Assembly: GCA_050633305.1 (NCBI GenBank)
Contig: JBOEGF010000043.1
Location: 192,001 to 256,000, forward strand
Reading direction: 5' to 3'
DNA from: Nannocystales bacterium
GTDB lineage: Bacteria; Myxococcota_A; Polyangia; Nannocystales; Nannocystaceae
Length of the DNA stretch: 64,000 nt
Shown: in pieces, positions 27,694-39,488 of the stretch
Position numbering within the stretch: position 1 is the first letter of the stretch
How the letters are laid out: every line of letters begins with the position of its first letter
Made by a program: the position numbers and the translations under genes
Notes under the pieces: model-generated
Told to the model about the DNA's origin: nothing
Seen by the model: the letters and a program-made list of their open reading frames with translations, nothing else
Database searches by the model: none

Positions 27694-30600
27694 TCACCCC
27701 GGAGAGGGGCGCGCGTTGACCCGGGTTCGCAGTCGAGTTTGACCGTGCCGTTGCCACCACTCGAGCCATGCTTGGTAGGCCACCTCGCGGGAGCTTCGGT
27801 CGCCCAGCGGCGAGAAGGGGACCCGGTGACCCGTGACTCGAACCAGCTCGTCGTGCGCCCATCGACGCACGGGGAGGTCGCGATGGCGGAGACTCTCGAT
27901 GATCCACTCGACACGGTGATGGACGCCCTGGTCTTGGTGCCAGGACTTCCAGCGGTGTGGCTTGAGGCCGTGCTGCTGGCCCGTGATCGAGCACAACGAC
28001 TCGAGTGCTGCCTCTTGAATGAAGCGATCACGGTTCGACAGCAGCCCGATGAGCTTCGGAATCGCTTGGACGTCCCGAAGGGTTCCAACCGCCCGGGCGG
28101 CGTAGAGCTGGTGGGTCCGGTGGGAACTGTCGAGCTCACGCCGCACGACGAAGGTCGCCTCTTCGAACCCGTCGTAGCGGCTGTAGGTCTCCAGGACCCG
28201 CATCGCGATCACGCGAACGTCCGTGCTCCCGTCGAACGCGAGGTGCGACAGGGCCTCCATCGCCCGCGGGTCACGGAGTTCCTGAAACAAGAACGCCGCG
28301 TAGAACCGAACGTCGGGATCGGTGTTCTCGAACTGCTCGAGCACGTACGGGACGAACTCGGGGCCCAGCCGGATCGCAGCCCGAACCAGGGGGCCGTGGG
28401 CGGAGGGGGCGGGGAGGGCCCGCAAGTCGCGACGCAAGACCTCCAGGGGCCCCGGAAGTCGTGTTGCAAGCGCTTGGAGACCGGCGGGTCCAAGCGCTCG
28501 CAGGTCTTCGAGGTTCCCCTCCTCGCGCGACAGCGTGCGCAGGACGTCTTCGATGGCGCGGTCGCCCTCAGGCGGTGTCGGGAGCCCGGTCTCGTCATCG
28601 AAGTCGTCGTCGTCGATCACGATGCGTCCGCGGACGGTTGGCTGATCGATGGGCGAGGAGAGCGGGATGATGCCGCCGTCGTCGGCCTCCTCGAGCACAG
28701 GAGGCACGAAGCGAGGGGCGGCAGGCTGCGCCGCCTGCTCTGGCATCGGGGGCAGGAAGTGCGGTGCGGGTGAGCCGTCGACCTGCGTCGTGCGGTGCAT
28801 CGATGTCGCCGGCTCGTCGGGGAGCTCGGGGACCGCGGCGTCTGGGGGAGACCAGCCCGGCGGTTCGGTGACGCCGTACGCCGGGGGAGGCGTGAGCGGG
28901 TCCTTCGCGGGAGGCTGCGTGTCGTCGAGCGAGTGCAGCGCTCGAATGGTGTCGGTGTCCGCTTCCGTTTGTGGCTGAGAAGTCGGCGGTTCGGCGGCCT
29001 GCTGTGGCAGAGATTCGTCGCCGTCTTCCTCGGCTTCGGGTTCCAGGTCGGGTTCGGGGATCAGGTCGGCATCGAGGTCGGGCTCGGGGTCTGTGCCTGT
29101 GTCCGTGTTGGGGTCGGCTGCCTGGAGCTCGGGTGCCGCGGTTCGGACCGGCGGGGGCGCGAACAAAAGCGGGGTCGGGGTCGCTGGTGGGGGCGTCTCG
29201 GGTTCTGCCTCGGGTGCGGCCGCGCTGCTCGGTGGATGCCGGACGGGAGGGACGGCGGGGTTCGGACCGCTGCGCTGTTGAAGGACGATCGTCTCCAGCG
29301 TAGATGCGGTCGCTTTGCAGAGCTCGTCGAGCAGGTTCGCCTCGGCCGGGAGAAACTCCCGACCCTCATGGTCGACATACAGTGCGAGGACCGGTCGTCC
29401 GGCGACGTCCACCCGGTGCAAGGTGCACGGGATCTCCGCGCTGCCGATCGCATCCGCCAGTGCGCCGGAGCCGGTCGTCCCCACCCACCGGTGATGTTGG
29501 AGTAGCTCAGAGGACCCGTCCTCGAGCGGGACATCCGTGCCACGCACACCTGCGAGTGCAGGGTGGGGGGTGGTTAGTCCCCGCAGTGAACTCCCTCGGA
29601 GTCGGAACACAGCGACGCGGTCGGACAGCACGAGCGCGCCGGAGACGAGCGCGTCGACGGCTTCGTCCCGGGTGACCGCTTCTGCAAGCTTGCTCCGTGC
29701 GGCATCGATCCCGCGTCGGGCCTGTGCGGAGTTGAAGACCCGGTGGAGCGGATCGCTGGTCGCGATCATCGTTCCGCGCGCCGTGAAGCGGACCGGCGGT
29801 GCCTTGGTCTGTACGGGTGGGGCGGGGACCGAGTCCGTGCGGGGCGGTCCAAACGAGGGAGGGCGCGTGATCTTGTCGCGTGAGCCCCGTGGAGGCGTGT
29901 CCCCTGCGACGTCGGGGGGATCCGGCTCGAGACCCGCTGCTGGCTCGGCTGTGTCCGGGCCGGGATCCGCTTGAACCTCGGCCACCGGCGTTGTGGGTTC
30001 TGGCGCGATCGGCTCGACGTCCGGCGGTCTCGGCGCTTCGTCGGAGTCCGACTCTGTTTCGGAGTCTGGTGCCCCGATGGGCGAGACGGACTCGGAGTCC
30101 GACGCCGTCGATTCTTCGCCGGAGTCCGGGGTCGTGCCGGCTTCGGTCTCGGTGTAGGGCCGCGTCACGCGGTCGGGGTCGGGACTGTGGTCGAGCGGGT
30201 CGGCGGGCGGTTCGGCAGGCGGGGCCAGGACCGGTTTGCCGACCGCGGTGTCCTCGGTCGGGCCTGCCTCGACCGGTACGATCGGGAACCCCACGTCGGA
30301 GACCGAGGGCCGCAAGCGAAGCGCGGACATGAACGCGGCAAACAGGACGGCGTATCGTTGCGGAACGACCGAGCCGACGCGCTCCGCGTTGACCTTCTCC
30401 AGGCCGCACTCGGGTGTGACCAGCGGCAGCACCCGAGGCACGGCCCGGTACAGTTCTCCGAGTCGTTCATTGGGCAGGTCGGGGTGGACGGCGACCAAGA
30501 CGCTACCGTCCTCCGAGACGCCCAGCGGGACCGCCCACCCGATGTCTTGGAGCGAAGCTGGGACGACATCCCACGGGCGCGGCTGGTCCTCGAGCAGTTC

Positions 30601-30789
30601 GGGTCGAATTGTGTCCAGCCCACACGCCTGCCCGAGCAGTTCACACAGCGTCTGCGGATCGCAGACCGCGAGCTCGAGGAGCACGGTGTCGAGGCTGCCG
30701 CCGTAGATCTGCTGCCGACGCAATGCGGCCTCGAGCCGGTCAGGCGCGAGGGCGGCAGTCTGCTCAAGGTAGCGCCGAAGGTGGCTCAC
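27694..30789 (-). CDS. FrgA-like protein: N-terminal T2SSE_N/MshEN-like domain, Pro/acidic linkers, central globular domain, C-terminal HEAT repeats
   Basis: LEAALRRQQIYGGSLDTVLLE; HEAT-like DPDVRFYAA, STDVRVIA, ALESLCSITG, WLEWW. Confidence 0.7.
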   Translation of the reverse strand: MSHLRRYLEQTAALAPDRLEAALRRQQIYGGSLDTVLLELAVCDPQTLCELLGQACGLDTIRPELLEDQPRPWDVVPASLQDIGWAVPLGVSEDGSVLVAVHPDLPNERLGELYRAVPRVLPLVTPECGLEKVNAERVGSVVPQRYAVLFAAFMSALRLRPSVSDVGFPIVPVEAGPTEDTAVGKPVLAPPAEPPADPLDHSPDPDRVTRPYTETEAGTTPDSGEESTASDSESVSPIGAPDSETESDSDEAPRPPDVEPIAPEPTTPVAEVQADPGPDTAEPAAGLEPDPPDVAGDTPPRGSRDKITRPPSFGPPRTDSVPAPPVQTKAPPVRFTARGTMIATSDPLHRVFNSAQARRGIDAARSKLAEAVTRDEAVDALVSGALVLSDRVAVFRLRGSSLRGLTTPHPALAGVRGTDVPLEDGSSELLQHHRWVGTTGSGALADAIGSAEIPCTLHRVDVAGRPVLALYVDHEGREFLPAEANLLDELCKATASTLETIVLQQRSGPNPAVPPVRHPPSSAAAPEAEPETPPPATPTPLLFAPPPVRTAAPELQAADPNTDTGTDPEPDLDADLIPEPDLEPEAEEDGDESLPQQAAEPPTSQPQTEADTDTIRALHSLDDTQPPAKDPLTPPPAYGVTEPPGWSPPDAAVPELPDEPATSMHRTTQVDGSPAPHFLPPMPEQAAQPAAPRFVPPVLEEADDGGIIPLSSPIDQPTVRGRIVIDDDDFDDETGLPTPPEGDRAIEDVLRTLSREEGNLEDLRALGPAGLQALATRLPGPLEVLRRDLRALPAPSAHGPLVRAAIRLGPEFVPYVLEQFENTDPDVRFYAAFLFQELRDPRAMEALSHLAFDGSTDVRVIAMRVLETYSRYDGFEEATFVVRRELDSSHRTHQLYAARAVGTLRDVQAIPKLIGLLSNRDRFIQEAALESLCSITGQQHGLKPHRWKSWHQDQGVHHRVEWIIESLRHRDLPVRRWAHDELVRVTGHRVPFSPLGDRSSREVAYQAWLEWWQRHGQTRLRTRVNARPSPG

Positions 30790-31367
30790 GCGTCCCTCAC
30801 CACGTAGGTTTGGCCGAGATGATCATGCCAGCCGCGCTTCTCGGCATCGAGTGCGGTCCACAACCATCCGAGCAACCCAGCGCCCATCCCCGCCAGGTGG
30901 CAGAGCGCTCGAAGGAAAGCCCAGGGGGCGCGGGGGGGAAGGCCGCCTGCACCGACGACGCGCAGCCCGAGGACGCGACCGCCTGGTGTCCGGCCGGTGA
31001 TCGTCCAGAAGAGGGTCAAGTAGAACACTGACATCACCAAGAACGGGGCGATGTGTCGGAGCAGGTGTCCGAGTTCGAGATCGAGGATGGCAAACAACGT
31101 CGCGAGCCCGTGGGCGCCACCGAGCAACGGCGGGGCATCGACCAGGGCGAGCAACCCGGCGTTGAGGAGACCGGCGGTCAGCAGGAGCACGCCGAAGTCG
31201 AGGACTCCGGCCAGACTGCGGCGCATGAAGCCCGACACGCGGGCCGGAAGCAGCGCGGCGTCGCAATGCGGACACTGAGGAACCTCGTCCCGGTCCCGCG
31301 CGATCGCAGGGTCCAGTAGGCCGTCACAGTCCGGGCAATACGTCTTTCGAGCGCGCTTACGCGCCAT
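30786..31367 (-). CDS. RDD family membrane protein with N-terminal zinc ribbon
   Basis: CPDC...CPHC; RRxxAxxLD, GRTPG, RGWHDHLGQTYVV. Confidence 0.88.
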   Translation of the reverse strand: MARKRARKTYCPDCDGLLDPAIARDRDEVPQCPHCDAALLPARVSGFMRRSLAGVLDFGVLLLTAGLLNAGLLALVDAPPLLGGAHGLATLFAILDLELGHLLRHIAPFLVMSVFYLTLFWTITGRTPGGRVLGLRVVGAGGLPPRAPWAFLRALCHLAGMGAGLLGWLWTALDAEKRGWHDHLGQTYVVRDA

Positions 31368-31412
31368 CGCACGCAGAGTATCGCGACGCGGCCCAGGGGA
31401 ACATCCCCCCGA

Positions 31413-32090
31413 TCAAACGGATGAGATCGGGCCCGTGGTGGCGAGCGCGGCCACAACCGCGACCTCGGTGCGCAGGACGAACGGTCCGAGCGAGAGCGGG
31501 ACCAATCCTGCGGTGCGCGCCTGCGCCTCTTCCTCGGTTGTGAGGCCACCCTCGGGTCCGATCAGCACAGTGATCTCTCCTTGGGTAGGGGCTGGCTGGG
31601 AACCGGAGGCCAACGACGCGACGAACCCCTGCCGAGGCGTGGCCAGCCAGTCGGCCAGTGGCATCGGGTCGTGCAGGGTGAGGGGGTCCAGTCGGCCGCA
31701 CTGGCGGCGCGCAGCAGCCATCACCCGGTCGAGCCGAGCGGGGCTGAGCCGGCCCGGCTGGCTTCGGGCGGACTCGAGGAAGGTCAGGCTCCGCGCGCCG
31801 CACTCGACAGCTCTCGCGATGACGTCCTGGGCGGCCTTCGACTCCGGCTGTGCGACCGCGAGGTCGACTGGCCACGGCGGGCGGTCGGGGAGGCGCTCGA
31901 GCACCCGCACCCGGGCCTGCTTCGTGTCGGCGTGCTCGAGTTCCGCGCTCCACCCACCCGTCTCGGGATGGAGGACCTCCAGGGACGCACCGACCCGTAC
32001 ACGACGGACCCGCACGAGGTAGTGGGATTCCTGTGGACTCAGCGTCAACGGACCGAGTTCGCTCGGAGACGCAAAAACACGAACGCTCAT
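31413..32090 (-). CDS. rsmE: 16S rRNA m3U1498 methyltransferase
   Basis: HYLVRVRR, AVECG, ARRQCGR, LIGPEGGL, LGPFVLRTEVA. Confidence 0.92.
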   Translation of the reverse strand: MSVRVFASPSELGPLTLSPQESHYLVRVRRVRVGASLEVLHPETGGWSAELEHADTKQARVRVLERLPDRPPWPVDLAVAQPESKAAQDVIARAVECGARSLTFLESARSQPGRLSPARLDRVMAAARRQCGRLDPLTLHDPMPLADWLATPRQGFVASLASGSQPAPTQGEITVLIGPEGGLTTEEEAQARTAGLVPLSLGPFVLRTEVAVVAALATTGPISSV

Positions 32091-33028
32091 GGGAGCACGA
32101 GGTCGAGCGCACTCCAGGTATCGAGATGACGGCGGCCACCTCCGGCGCGGGTGTCGAGCTCAAACCCGGCGGCCTCGTAGGCGTGCCAGACGCTGTCGAG
32201 TTCTTCGCCAAGAATCCCGCTGACCGTGAGGGTCGCGCCGGAGGCGAGTCGGTCCCGGAGTTGCGGGGCAGCGGGGATGAGCACGATCGGGCGAATGTTG
32301 GCGACGACCAGGTCGAACCGCTCGGCGGCGAGTGCCTCGAGGATTCCGGTTTGGACTTTGATTCGCCCCGTCAAACCCGCGTCTTCGATGTTCTCGGAGG
32401 TTGTGTCCGTCGCCTCGGGGTCGATGTCGACCGCCAGCATGCGTTCGGCGCCCTCGAACAGTCGAGCCGCCGCCATGGAGAGCACACCCGAGCCGCAGCC
32501 CAGGTCGAAGACCGATGCGGGCTGCAGACCGTGCCGGGCCAGTGCGCAGAGCCGGTGCAGGCACAGTTGAGTGGTCTGGTGCAGGCCGGTTCCGAAGGCG
32601 CGCCCGGGATCGATCACCACCTCGAGCTCTGGGTCGCCCGGCTGTCGTTCGATCCAGCTGGGCCGCAGGAGCAGTTGGTGTTCGCCGAAGGTGAGCGGCT
32701 TGTAGAAGGCCTTCCACGCGTCTTTCCACTCCTCGTCGTCTCGAACCTCGGCGCGGGTTGTCCCGGTGAGACCGAAGCTGCTCAGCAGCTCAGCGACCAC
32801 GCCGTGCAGTGTCTCGATGCCGTCTGGACGCGTGTAGACGCAGAGTCGTGGGCGCTGGGTGGGGCTCTCGGCGGCGGTGAAACTCTGCACGCCGCTGACC
32901 TCCTCGCGCATGGCCAGGATGGCTCCGAGCTCGTCGAGTGCGGCCGTTGCCTCGCGCAGCGCGTCGAGTTCGATGGGTCCTTGGGCAAGGTCGACCCACA
33001 CGATGGCCCACTGAGAGGTGTCGGACAT
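32087..33028 (-). CDS. prmA: Ribosomal protein L11 methyltransferase
   Basis: WKAFYKP, IDPGRAFGTGLHQTT, DLGCGSG, DIDP, VVANI, SGIL. Confidence 0.92.
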   Translation of the reverse strand: MSDTSQWAIVWVDLAQGPIELDALREATAALDELGAILAMREEVSGVQSFTAAESPTQRPRLCVYTRPDGIETLHGVVAELLSSFGLTGTTRAEVRDDEEWKDAWKAFYKPLTFGEHQLLLRPSWIERQPGDPELEVVIDPGRAFGTGLHQTTQLCLHRLCALARHGLQPASVFDLGCGSGVLSMAAARLFEGAERMLAVDIDPEATDTTSENIEDAGLTGRIKVQTGILEALAAERFDLVVANIRPIVLIPAAPQLRDRLASGATLTVSGILGEELDSVWHAYEAAGFELDTRAGGGRRHLDTWSALDLVLP

Positions 33029-33091
33029 GGGCGCCACAGTGGCACAGATTGAGGGTGTCGGGACCGCCGGGACTCGCGCTAGACATGACCT

Positions 33092-34120
33092 GTGATTTCC
33101 ACCCGCCGACTCCCACTTCGCATTGTGTTGCAGATCGGTGCCCTCGTCGTGGGCATGTCCTCGTTGTGGGCGTTCGCCGTATTTGCGATGTACGCCTACG
33201 CCGGGCTGACGTTCATTCGGGTGCCGTTCTTGCCCATCGCGACCATTGGAACTGCGGTGGCGTTCTATGTCGGATTTAAGAACAACGCCGCGTACGAGCG
33301 ATTCTGGGAGGGGCGGAAGATTTGGGGAGGCATCGTGAACGCGAGCCGAAGCTGGGCGACCGCGGTGCTCGCGTACATCGGGCCTGGCGACGAGTCCGAG
33401 GAGTCTGTCGCGCATCGCAAGTTGCTCGTCTACCGTCAGTTGGCGTGGATCAATGCTTTGCGTCTTCAGCTGCGGCGGACGTCGCGACTGTTCGACAAGC
33501 CTGCTCGAGCCACCAAGCGTCGGCTCGAGGCGCACGGCGACGCGATGCGCAACGATTGGGACCGCGAGCTCGCGCCGTTTCTTGGGGAGGACGAGCTTGC
33601 AGAACTCTCGAACCGGAAGAACACGGCCACCCATGTTCTTCAGCGGCAGGCGGGGCTGCTCGCTGAACTCGTCCGGAGCAAGCGTCTCGACCTGTTCCAC
33701 CAGATCGCGTTGATGGAGCTGATCACGGAGATGTACACGCTGCAGGGGAAAGCTGAGCGCATCAAGAACACCCCGTTCCCGCGTCAGTACGCGGAGTACA
33801 GCCGCATCTTCACGCGGGCGTTCGTGTTCTTGGTGCCGTTCGGGCTGCTCGATGTCTTCGCCGACCATATCGATGCGGCGACGGGTGCCACCGAGAACCT
33901 CATCTTGCTGATCCCCATGCTGCTTTCCGCCGGCCTGGTCAGCTGGGTCTTCATCACCATGGAGGGCATCGGGGACGCCAGTGAGGACCCATTCGAACGC
34001 AGCATGAATGACGTACCGATGAACGCGCTGTGTCGGACCATCGAGATTGACCTTCGCGAACTCCTCGGTGAGACGGACCTGCCGCAGAAGGAGGAGGCGG
34101 TCGGGAGGGTCTTGTACTAG
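33092..34120 (+). CDS. Bestrophin-family (YneE-like) ion channel
   Basis: GFKNNAAYERFWEGRKIWGGIVN, ERIKNTPFP, EDPF, NDVPM. Confidence 0.9.
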   Translation: MISTRRLPLRIVLQIGALVVGMSSLWAFAVFAMYAYAGLTFIRVPFLPIATIGTAVAFYVGFKNNAAYERFWEGRKIWGGIVNASRSWATAVLAYIGPGDESEESVAHRKLLVYRQLAWINALRLQLRRTSRLFDKPARATKRRLEAHGDAMRNDWDRELAPFLGEDELAELSNRKNTATHVLQRQAGLLAELVRSKRLDLFHQIALMELITEMYTLQGKAERIKNTPFPRQYAEYSRIFTRAFVFLVPFGLLDVFADHIDAATGATENLILLIPMLLSAGLVSWVFITMEGIGDASEDPFERSMNDVPMNALCRTIEIDLRELLGETDLPQKEEAVGRVLY

Positions 34121-34126
34121 CGCCCA

Positions 34127-34266
34127 TCCGCGCACCTCGTCACGGCGCCTCGCCGGTCGTTTGGGGTCCGATGGCGTTGCCGCGAAACCTTGCAATACTC
34201 GGTTCGGCTCTGCTGCCTAGCCCGCCGTCCCAGTCCTTCGGGAGTCCCCACGACGAGGTGAGCGGA
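34127..34266. repeat. 15-bp inverted repeat (14/15) enclosing ~110 bp; possible degenerate MITE/REP-like element
   Basis: TCCGCGCACCTCGTC (34127-34141) versus GACGAGGTGAGCGGA (34252-34266), just after the CTAG containing the bestrophin stop. Confidence 0.5.
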
Positions 34267-34279
34267 CGCCGCCTCATCC

Positions 34280-34326
34280 AACGAAAAAGCCCCGCAGTCC
34301 AAGCGGGACTGACGGGGCTCGTCGTT
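34280..34326 (-). terminator. Rho-independent terminator of the atp operon
   Basis: AGCCCCG-CAGTCC/GGACTG-A-CGGGGCT stem with an A-tract on + (U-tract on -), about 20 nt after the atpC stop. Confidence 0.8.
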
Positions 34327-34344
34327 CGAGCGAGGGGAGGGCGT

Positions 34345-34755
34345 TCAGCCGCCCGCGCGCACCTGGGCATCAGCCCAAGCCCAGCGGTCGTGAAGCGCTC
34401 GGTACTCAGGCGCGTCGACCGAAGCCTTGTACGCGTCGAGTTCCTTGCGAGCCTCGTCGCGCTCGGTCGTGGCGGCGGCCACGTCGACCTTGCCCGATTC
34501 GATGGCGCGCTCGACGAGGACCACCATGCGGCCGGCTTCTTTCACTTCGAGGAAGCCCGACCCCACCGCGATGCGCACGGAGTTGTTGCCTTCCTTGAAG
34601 CGGATGACGCCGGCGGTGACGGCGGTGACGAGCGACTCGTGGTGCGGAAGCAGCCCGAGCTCGCCTTGGATGCCGGGCACTTCCACGCCTGCGACCTCGA
34701 TGCCTTCGCGCACCGCGCCCAGGGGGGTGAGGATGTCGAGTTTGACGTCAGCCAT
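34345..34755 (-). CDS. atpC: ATP synthase F1 epsilon subunit
   Basis: ILTP, GELGLLPHH, GSGFLEV; operon position. Confidence 0.93.
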   Translation of the reverse strand: MADVKLDILTPLGAVREGIEVAGVEVPGIQGELGLLPHHESLVTAVTAGVIRFKEGNNSVRIAVGSGFLEVKEAGRMVVLVERAIESGKVDVAAATTERDEARKELDAYKASVDAPEYRALHDRWAWADAQVRAGG

Positions 34756-34786
34756 CGTGCTCTAGCTCCGTGAGATGCAACGAGGA

Positions 34787-36394
<1,608 letters not shown>

Positions 36395-37336
36395 CTAGCC
36401 CTTGAGGGCTTCGGCGCCGCCGATGATTTCCATCAGCTCGCTGGTGATGGCGGCCTGTCGCTCTCGGTTGTACTCGAGGGTGAGGTCCGCGATGAGTTCG
36501 GATGCGTTGTCGGTGGCGGCATCCATCGCCACGCGCCGGGCTGCAACTTCGGCGGCCACGGAGTTGAACATCGCCTGCTGCAGCATCGACTCGATAGTCA
36601 CGGGCACGAGGTGCTCGAGAATCTCGCCGCGGCCAGGCTCAAAGATGGGCTCGCGCTGGAACGTGCCAGCGTGGTCCTCGGAGCCTTCGTCCGCAGCCGC
36701 CGGCTGAAGTGGGCAAAGCTGGTTGGGCGTCACCTCTTGGGTCAGGACGCTGACGAAGTGGTTGTAGAACAGAACCACCTTGTTCGGCTTCTTCGACCGC
36801 TCTTCGTCGGTCATGCCCTCGGCGGTTCCCAGGAACCGACCGGTGGCTTCGGCAGCGACAGCCTTGCTCAGCGAGACGATCGTATCGAGCGTCGGAGCGT
36901 CGTGCGTCCCGATGAGCCCTTCGTCACGAGAGAAGAAGCTGTTGCCCTTCTTGCCGATGGTGATCAGCGACGCGGTGTGCCCCGCTTCTCGGTCGGCGCG
37001 CAGCGTCGCGAGCACCTTGCGGTGGATGTTGCCGTTGAACCCGCCACACAAGCCCTTGTCGGCGGTCATGGCGATGTACAGGGTGTGATCGCCGCCAGCC
37101 TCTTTCGAGGCGCGTTCTTCGAGCAACGGATGCGCGGTGGAACGCTCAGCGGGGTCGATCCCCCCGATGAGGTGGGCGACGACCTCTTGCAGCCGCTCGC
37201 CGTAGGGGCGAGCAGCCAGCGCAGCGTTCTGCGCTCTGCGCAGCCGCGCGGTCGCGATCTGAGACATCGCGGAGGTGATCTTCCGCGTGTTCTTGACCGA
37301 GCCGATACGCAGCCGCAGCTCTTTGAGGTTGGCCAT
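36395..37336 (-). CDS. atpG: ATP synthase F1 gamma subunit
   Basis: KNTRKITSAM, DKGLCGGFN, AMDAATDNA, RQAAITSELMEI. Confidence 0.98.
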   Translation of the reverse strand: MANLKELRLRIGSVKNTRKITSAMSQIATARLRRAQNAALAARPYGERLQEVVAHLIGGIDPAERSTAHPLLEERASKEAGGDHTLYIAMTADKGLCGGFNGNIHRKVLATLRADREAGHTASLITIGKKGNSFFSRDEGLIGTHDAPTLDTIVSLSKAVAAEATGRFLGTAEGMTDEERSKKPNKVVLFYNHFVSVLTQEVTPNQLCPLQPAAADEGSEDHAGTFQREPIFEPGRGEILEHLVPVTIESMLQQAMFNSVAAEVAARRVAMDAATDNASELIADLTLEYNRERQAAITSELMEIIGGAEALKG

Positions 37337-37371
37337 GGGTTGAAACTCCTTGTCGCAGGTACGAGAGGGGC

Positions 37372-38886
37372 TCAGCCCTTGAAGACGGTCTTGAACTTGT
37401 CGAGGGCCTCGGCGAGCTCTTTCTCAAGAGCTTTGACGTCGGGCTTCTTCTTCGCGGTGCGAACCTTCTCGAGAAGGTCAGCGCGGTCCTCTTGCATCCA
37501 CGTGTGCATCTCTGCCTCGTAGGTGCCGACTTGGCTGATCTCGAGCTCGTCGAGGTAGCCCTTGGTACCAGCGTAGATCGAGGCGACCTGCAGGGCGACG
37601 TCGAGCGGAGCGTACTGGCCCTGCTTGAGCAGCTCGACCAGACGAGCGCCTCGGTTCAGCTTGGCGCGGGTCGCTTTGTCGAGGTCGGAGGCGAACTGCG
37701 AGAACGCTTCGAGCTCGCGGTACGCGGCCAACTCCAGGCGCAGCGTACCGGCGTATTTCTTCATGGCCGGGATCTGGGCGGAGCCACCGACGCGGGACAC
37801 CGAGAGGCCGACGTTGACCGCCGGGCGAATGCCGCGGTGGAACAACTGGGACTCCAGGTAGATCTGGCCGTCGGTGATCGAGATGACGTTGGTCGGGATG
37901 TACGCCGAGACGTCGCCCGCTTGGGTCTCGATGATGGGAAGGGCGGTCAGCGAACCAGCGCCTTCTTTATCGGAGAGCTTGCACGCCCGCTCGAGGAGCC
38001 GGCTGTGCACGAAGAACACATCTCCGGGGTACGCCTCGCGGCCCGGTGGGCGACGAAGAAGCAGCGAGAGCTGACGGTAGGCAACGGCCTGCTTGGACAG
38101 GTCATCGTAGACCAGCAGTGCGTGGCCGCCGTTGTCGCGGAAGTGCTCGCCGATGGTCACGCCCGTGTAGGGGGCGAGGTACTGCAGCGGCGCGGGCTCG
38201 GAGCTGGTCGACGCAACGACGATGGAGTACTCCATCGCGCCGGCCTTCTCGAGACGGTCAACCACACTCGCCACCGTCGACTGCTTCTGGCCGATGGCGA
38301 CGTAGACGCAGATCATGTTCTGCCCCTTCTGGTTGAGAATCGTGTCGATCGCGATCGCGGTCTTTCCGGTCTGGCGGTCGCCGATGATCAGCTCTCGCTG
38401 GCCACGACCGATGGGGATCATCGAGTCGATGGCTTTCATGCCGGTCTGCATCGGCTCGTGAACGGACTTCCGCTCAATGATGCCGGGCGCCTTCATCTCG
38501 ATGACCGCGGTCTTGTCGGTCTCGATGGGACCTTTGCCGTCGATGGGCTGACCCAGAGCGTTGACGACGCGGCCGATCATCGCCTCGCCCACGGGGACGG
38601 ACATGATCTTGCCGGTGCGCTTGGCTTCGTCGCCTTCTCGGACGAGGTGGCCGTCACCCAGGAGTGCAACGCCGACGTTGCCTTCCTCGAGGTTGAGCAC
38701 GAGTCCCGTCACGTCGTGCGGGAAGGCGAGGAGCTCGCCCGCCATCGCGTTGGCGAGGCCATCGACTCGGGCGATGCCGTCGCCGACCGTGAGCACGGTG
38801 CCGGTTTCTTGAACAGAGAGGCTCGCGTCGTAGCCCTCGACCTGCTCGCGGATGATTCGACTGATTTCGTCGGCGCGGATTTCCAT
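37372..38886 (-). CDS. atpA: ATP synthase F1 alpha subunit
   Basis: [38 protein letters not shown]. Confidence 0.99.
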   Translation of the reverse strand: MEIRADEISRIIREQVEGYDASLSVQETGTVLTVGDGIARVDGLANAMAGELLAFPHDVTGLVLNLEEGNVGVALLGDGHLVREGDEAKRTGKIMSVPVGEAMIGRVVNALGQPIDGKGPIETDKTAVIEMKAPGIIERKSVHEPMQTGMKAIDSMIPIGRGQRELIIGDRQTGKTAIAIDTILNQKGQNMICVYVAIGQKQSTVASVVDRLEKAGAMEYSIVVASTSSEPAPLQYLAPYTGVTIGEHFRDNGGHALLVYDDLSKQAVAYRQLSLLLRRPPGREAYPGDVFFVHSRLLERACKLSDKEGAGSLTALPIIETQAGDVSAYIPTNVISITDGQIYLESQLFHRGIRPAVNVGLSVSRVGGSAQIPAMKKYAGTLRLELAAYRELEAFSQFASDLDKATRAKLNRGARLVELLKQGQYAPLDVALQVASIYAGTKGYLDELEISQVGTYEAEMHTWMQEDRADLLEKVRTAKKKPDVKALEKELAEALDKFKTVFKG

Positions 38887-38936
38887 GTGCTGTCCGTCTG
38901 TGGGGTCCGTTGGTTGGGTCCGATTCCAGGAATCGA

Positions 38937-39488
38937 CTAGGCCCGGAGCTCGTTGCGGAGCTGGGCAAGGGTGGCGCGGACGCTGCCGTCGAGGACGAAG
39001 CTTCCGACTTTGACCGCGACGCCACCGATGAGCTCGGGGTCGACGCTTTGCGTGGTGACGACCTGCTTGCCGGTCGCCTGGGAAAGAGCGGTCTTGATCT
39101 TGGCGACGGCGTCCATCGGGAGCGGCGACGCCGAAGTGATGTGTGCCTGCACGCGGCCGGCGTCATCGTCGGCCATGCGCTGGTACGCGCTGGCGATCTG
39201 GCTGATGCCGTCGATGCGACCGTTGCTGAGCACGACGTCGACGAACTTGGTGACGGTTGGGTCTGCAGCGACGCGGCGGCCAAAGGTGGCCGCAAGCTTC
39301 TGTCGTTGCTCAAGCGGGAATCGGTCCGCCGTGAGCACGGACAGCACGCTGGCGCCGTCCTTGTCGCGCTGGCGAAGGATGTTGGAGAGACCCAAGAGGT
39401 CCTTGGCGAACTTGTCGCGTTGGGCGGGGCTCTTGGCGAGCCCGATGAGGGCCCGTGCGTAGCGTCGTGCGAGTGCGCCTGGGATCAT
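38937..39488 (-). CDS. atpH: ATP synthase F1 delta subunit
   Basis: [20 protein letters not shown]. Confidence 0.93.
   Translation of the reverse strand: MIPGALARRYARALIGLAKSPAQRDKFAKDLLGLSNILRQRDKDGASVLSVLTADRFPLEQRQKLAATFGRRVAADPTVTKFVDVVLSNGRIDGISQIASAYQRMADDDAGRVQAHITSASPLPMDAVAKIKTALSQATGKQVVTTQSVDPELIGGVAVKVGSFVLDGSVRATLAQLRNELRA

Noticed and set aside
32087..34195. 702-aa PrmA fusion from the ORF track
   Set aside because: The N-terminal ~390 aa are antisense to the bestrophin gene; PrmA starts at about 33028.
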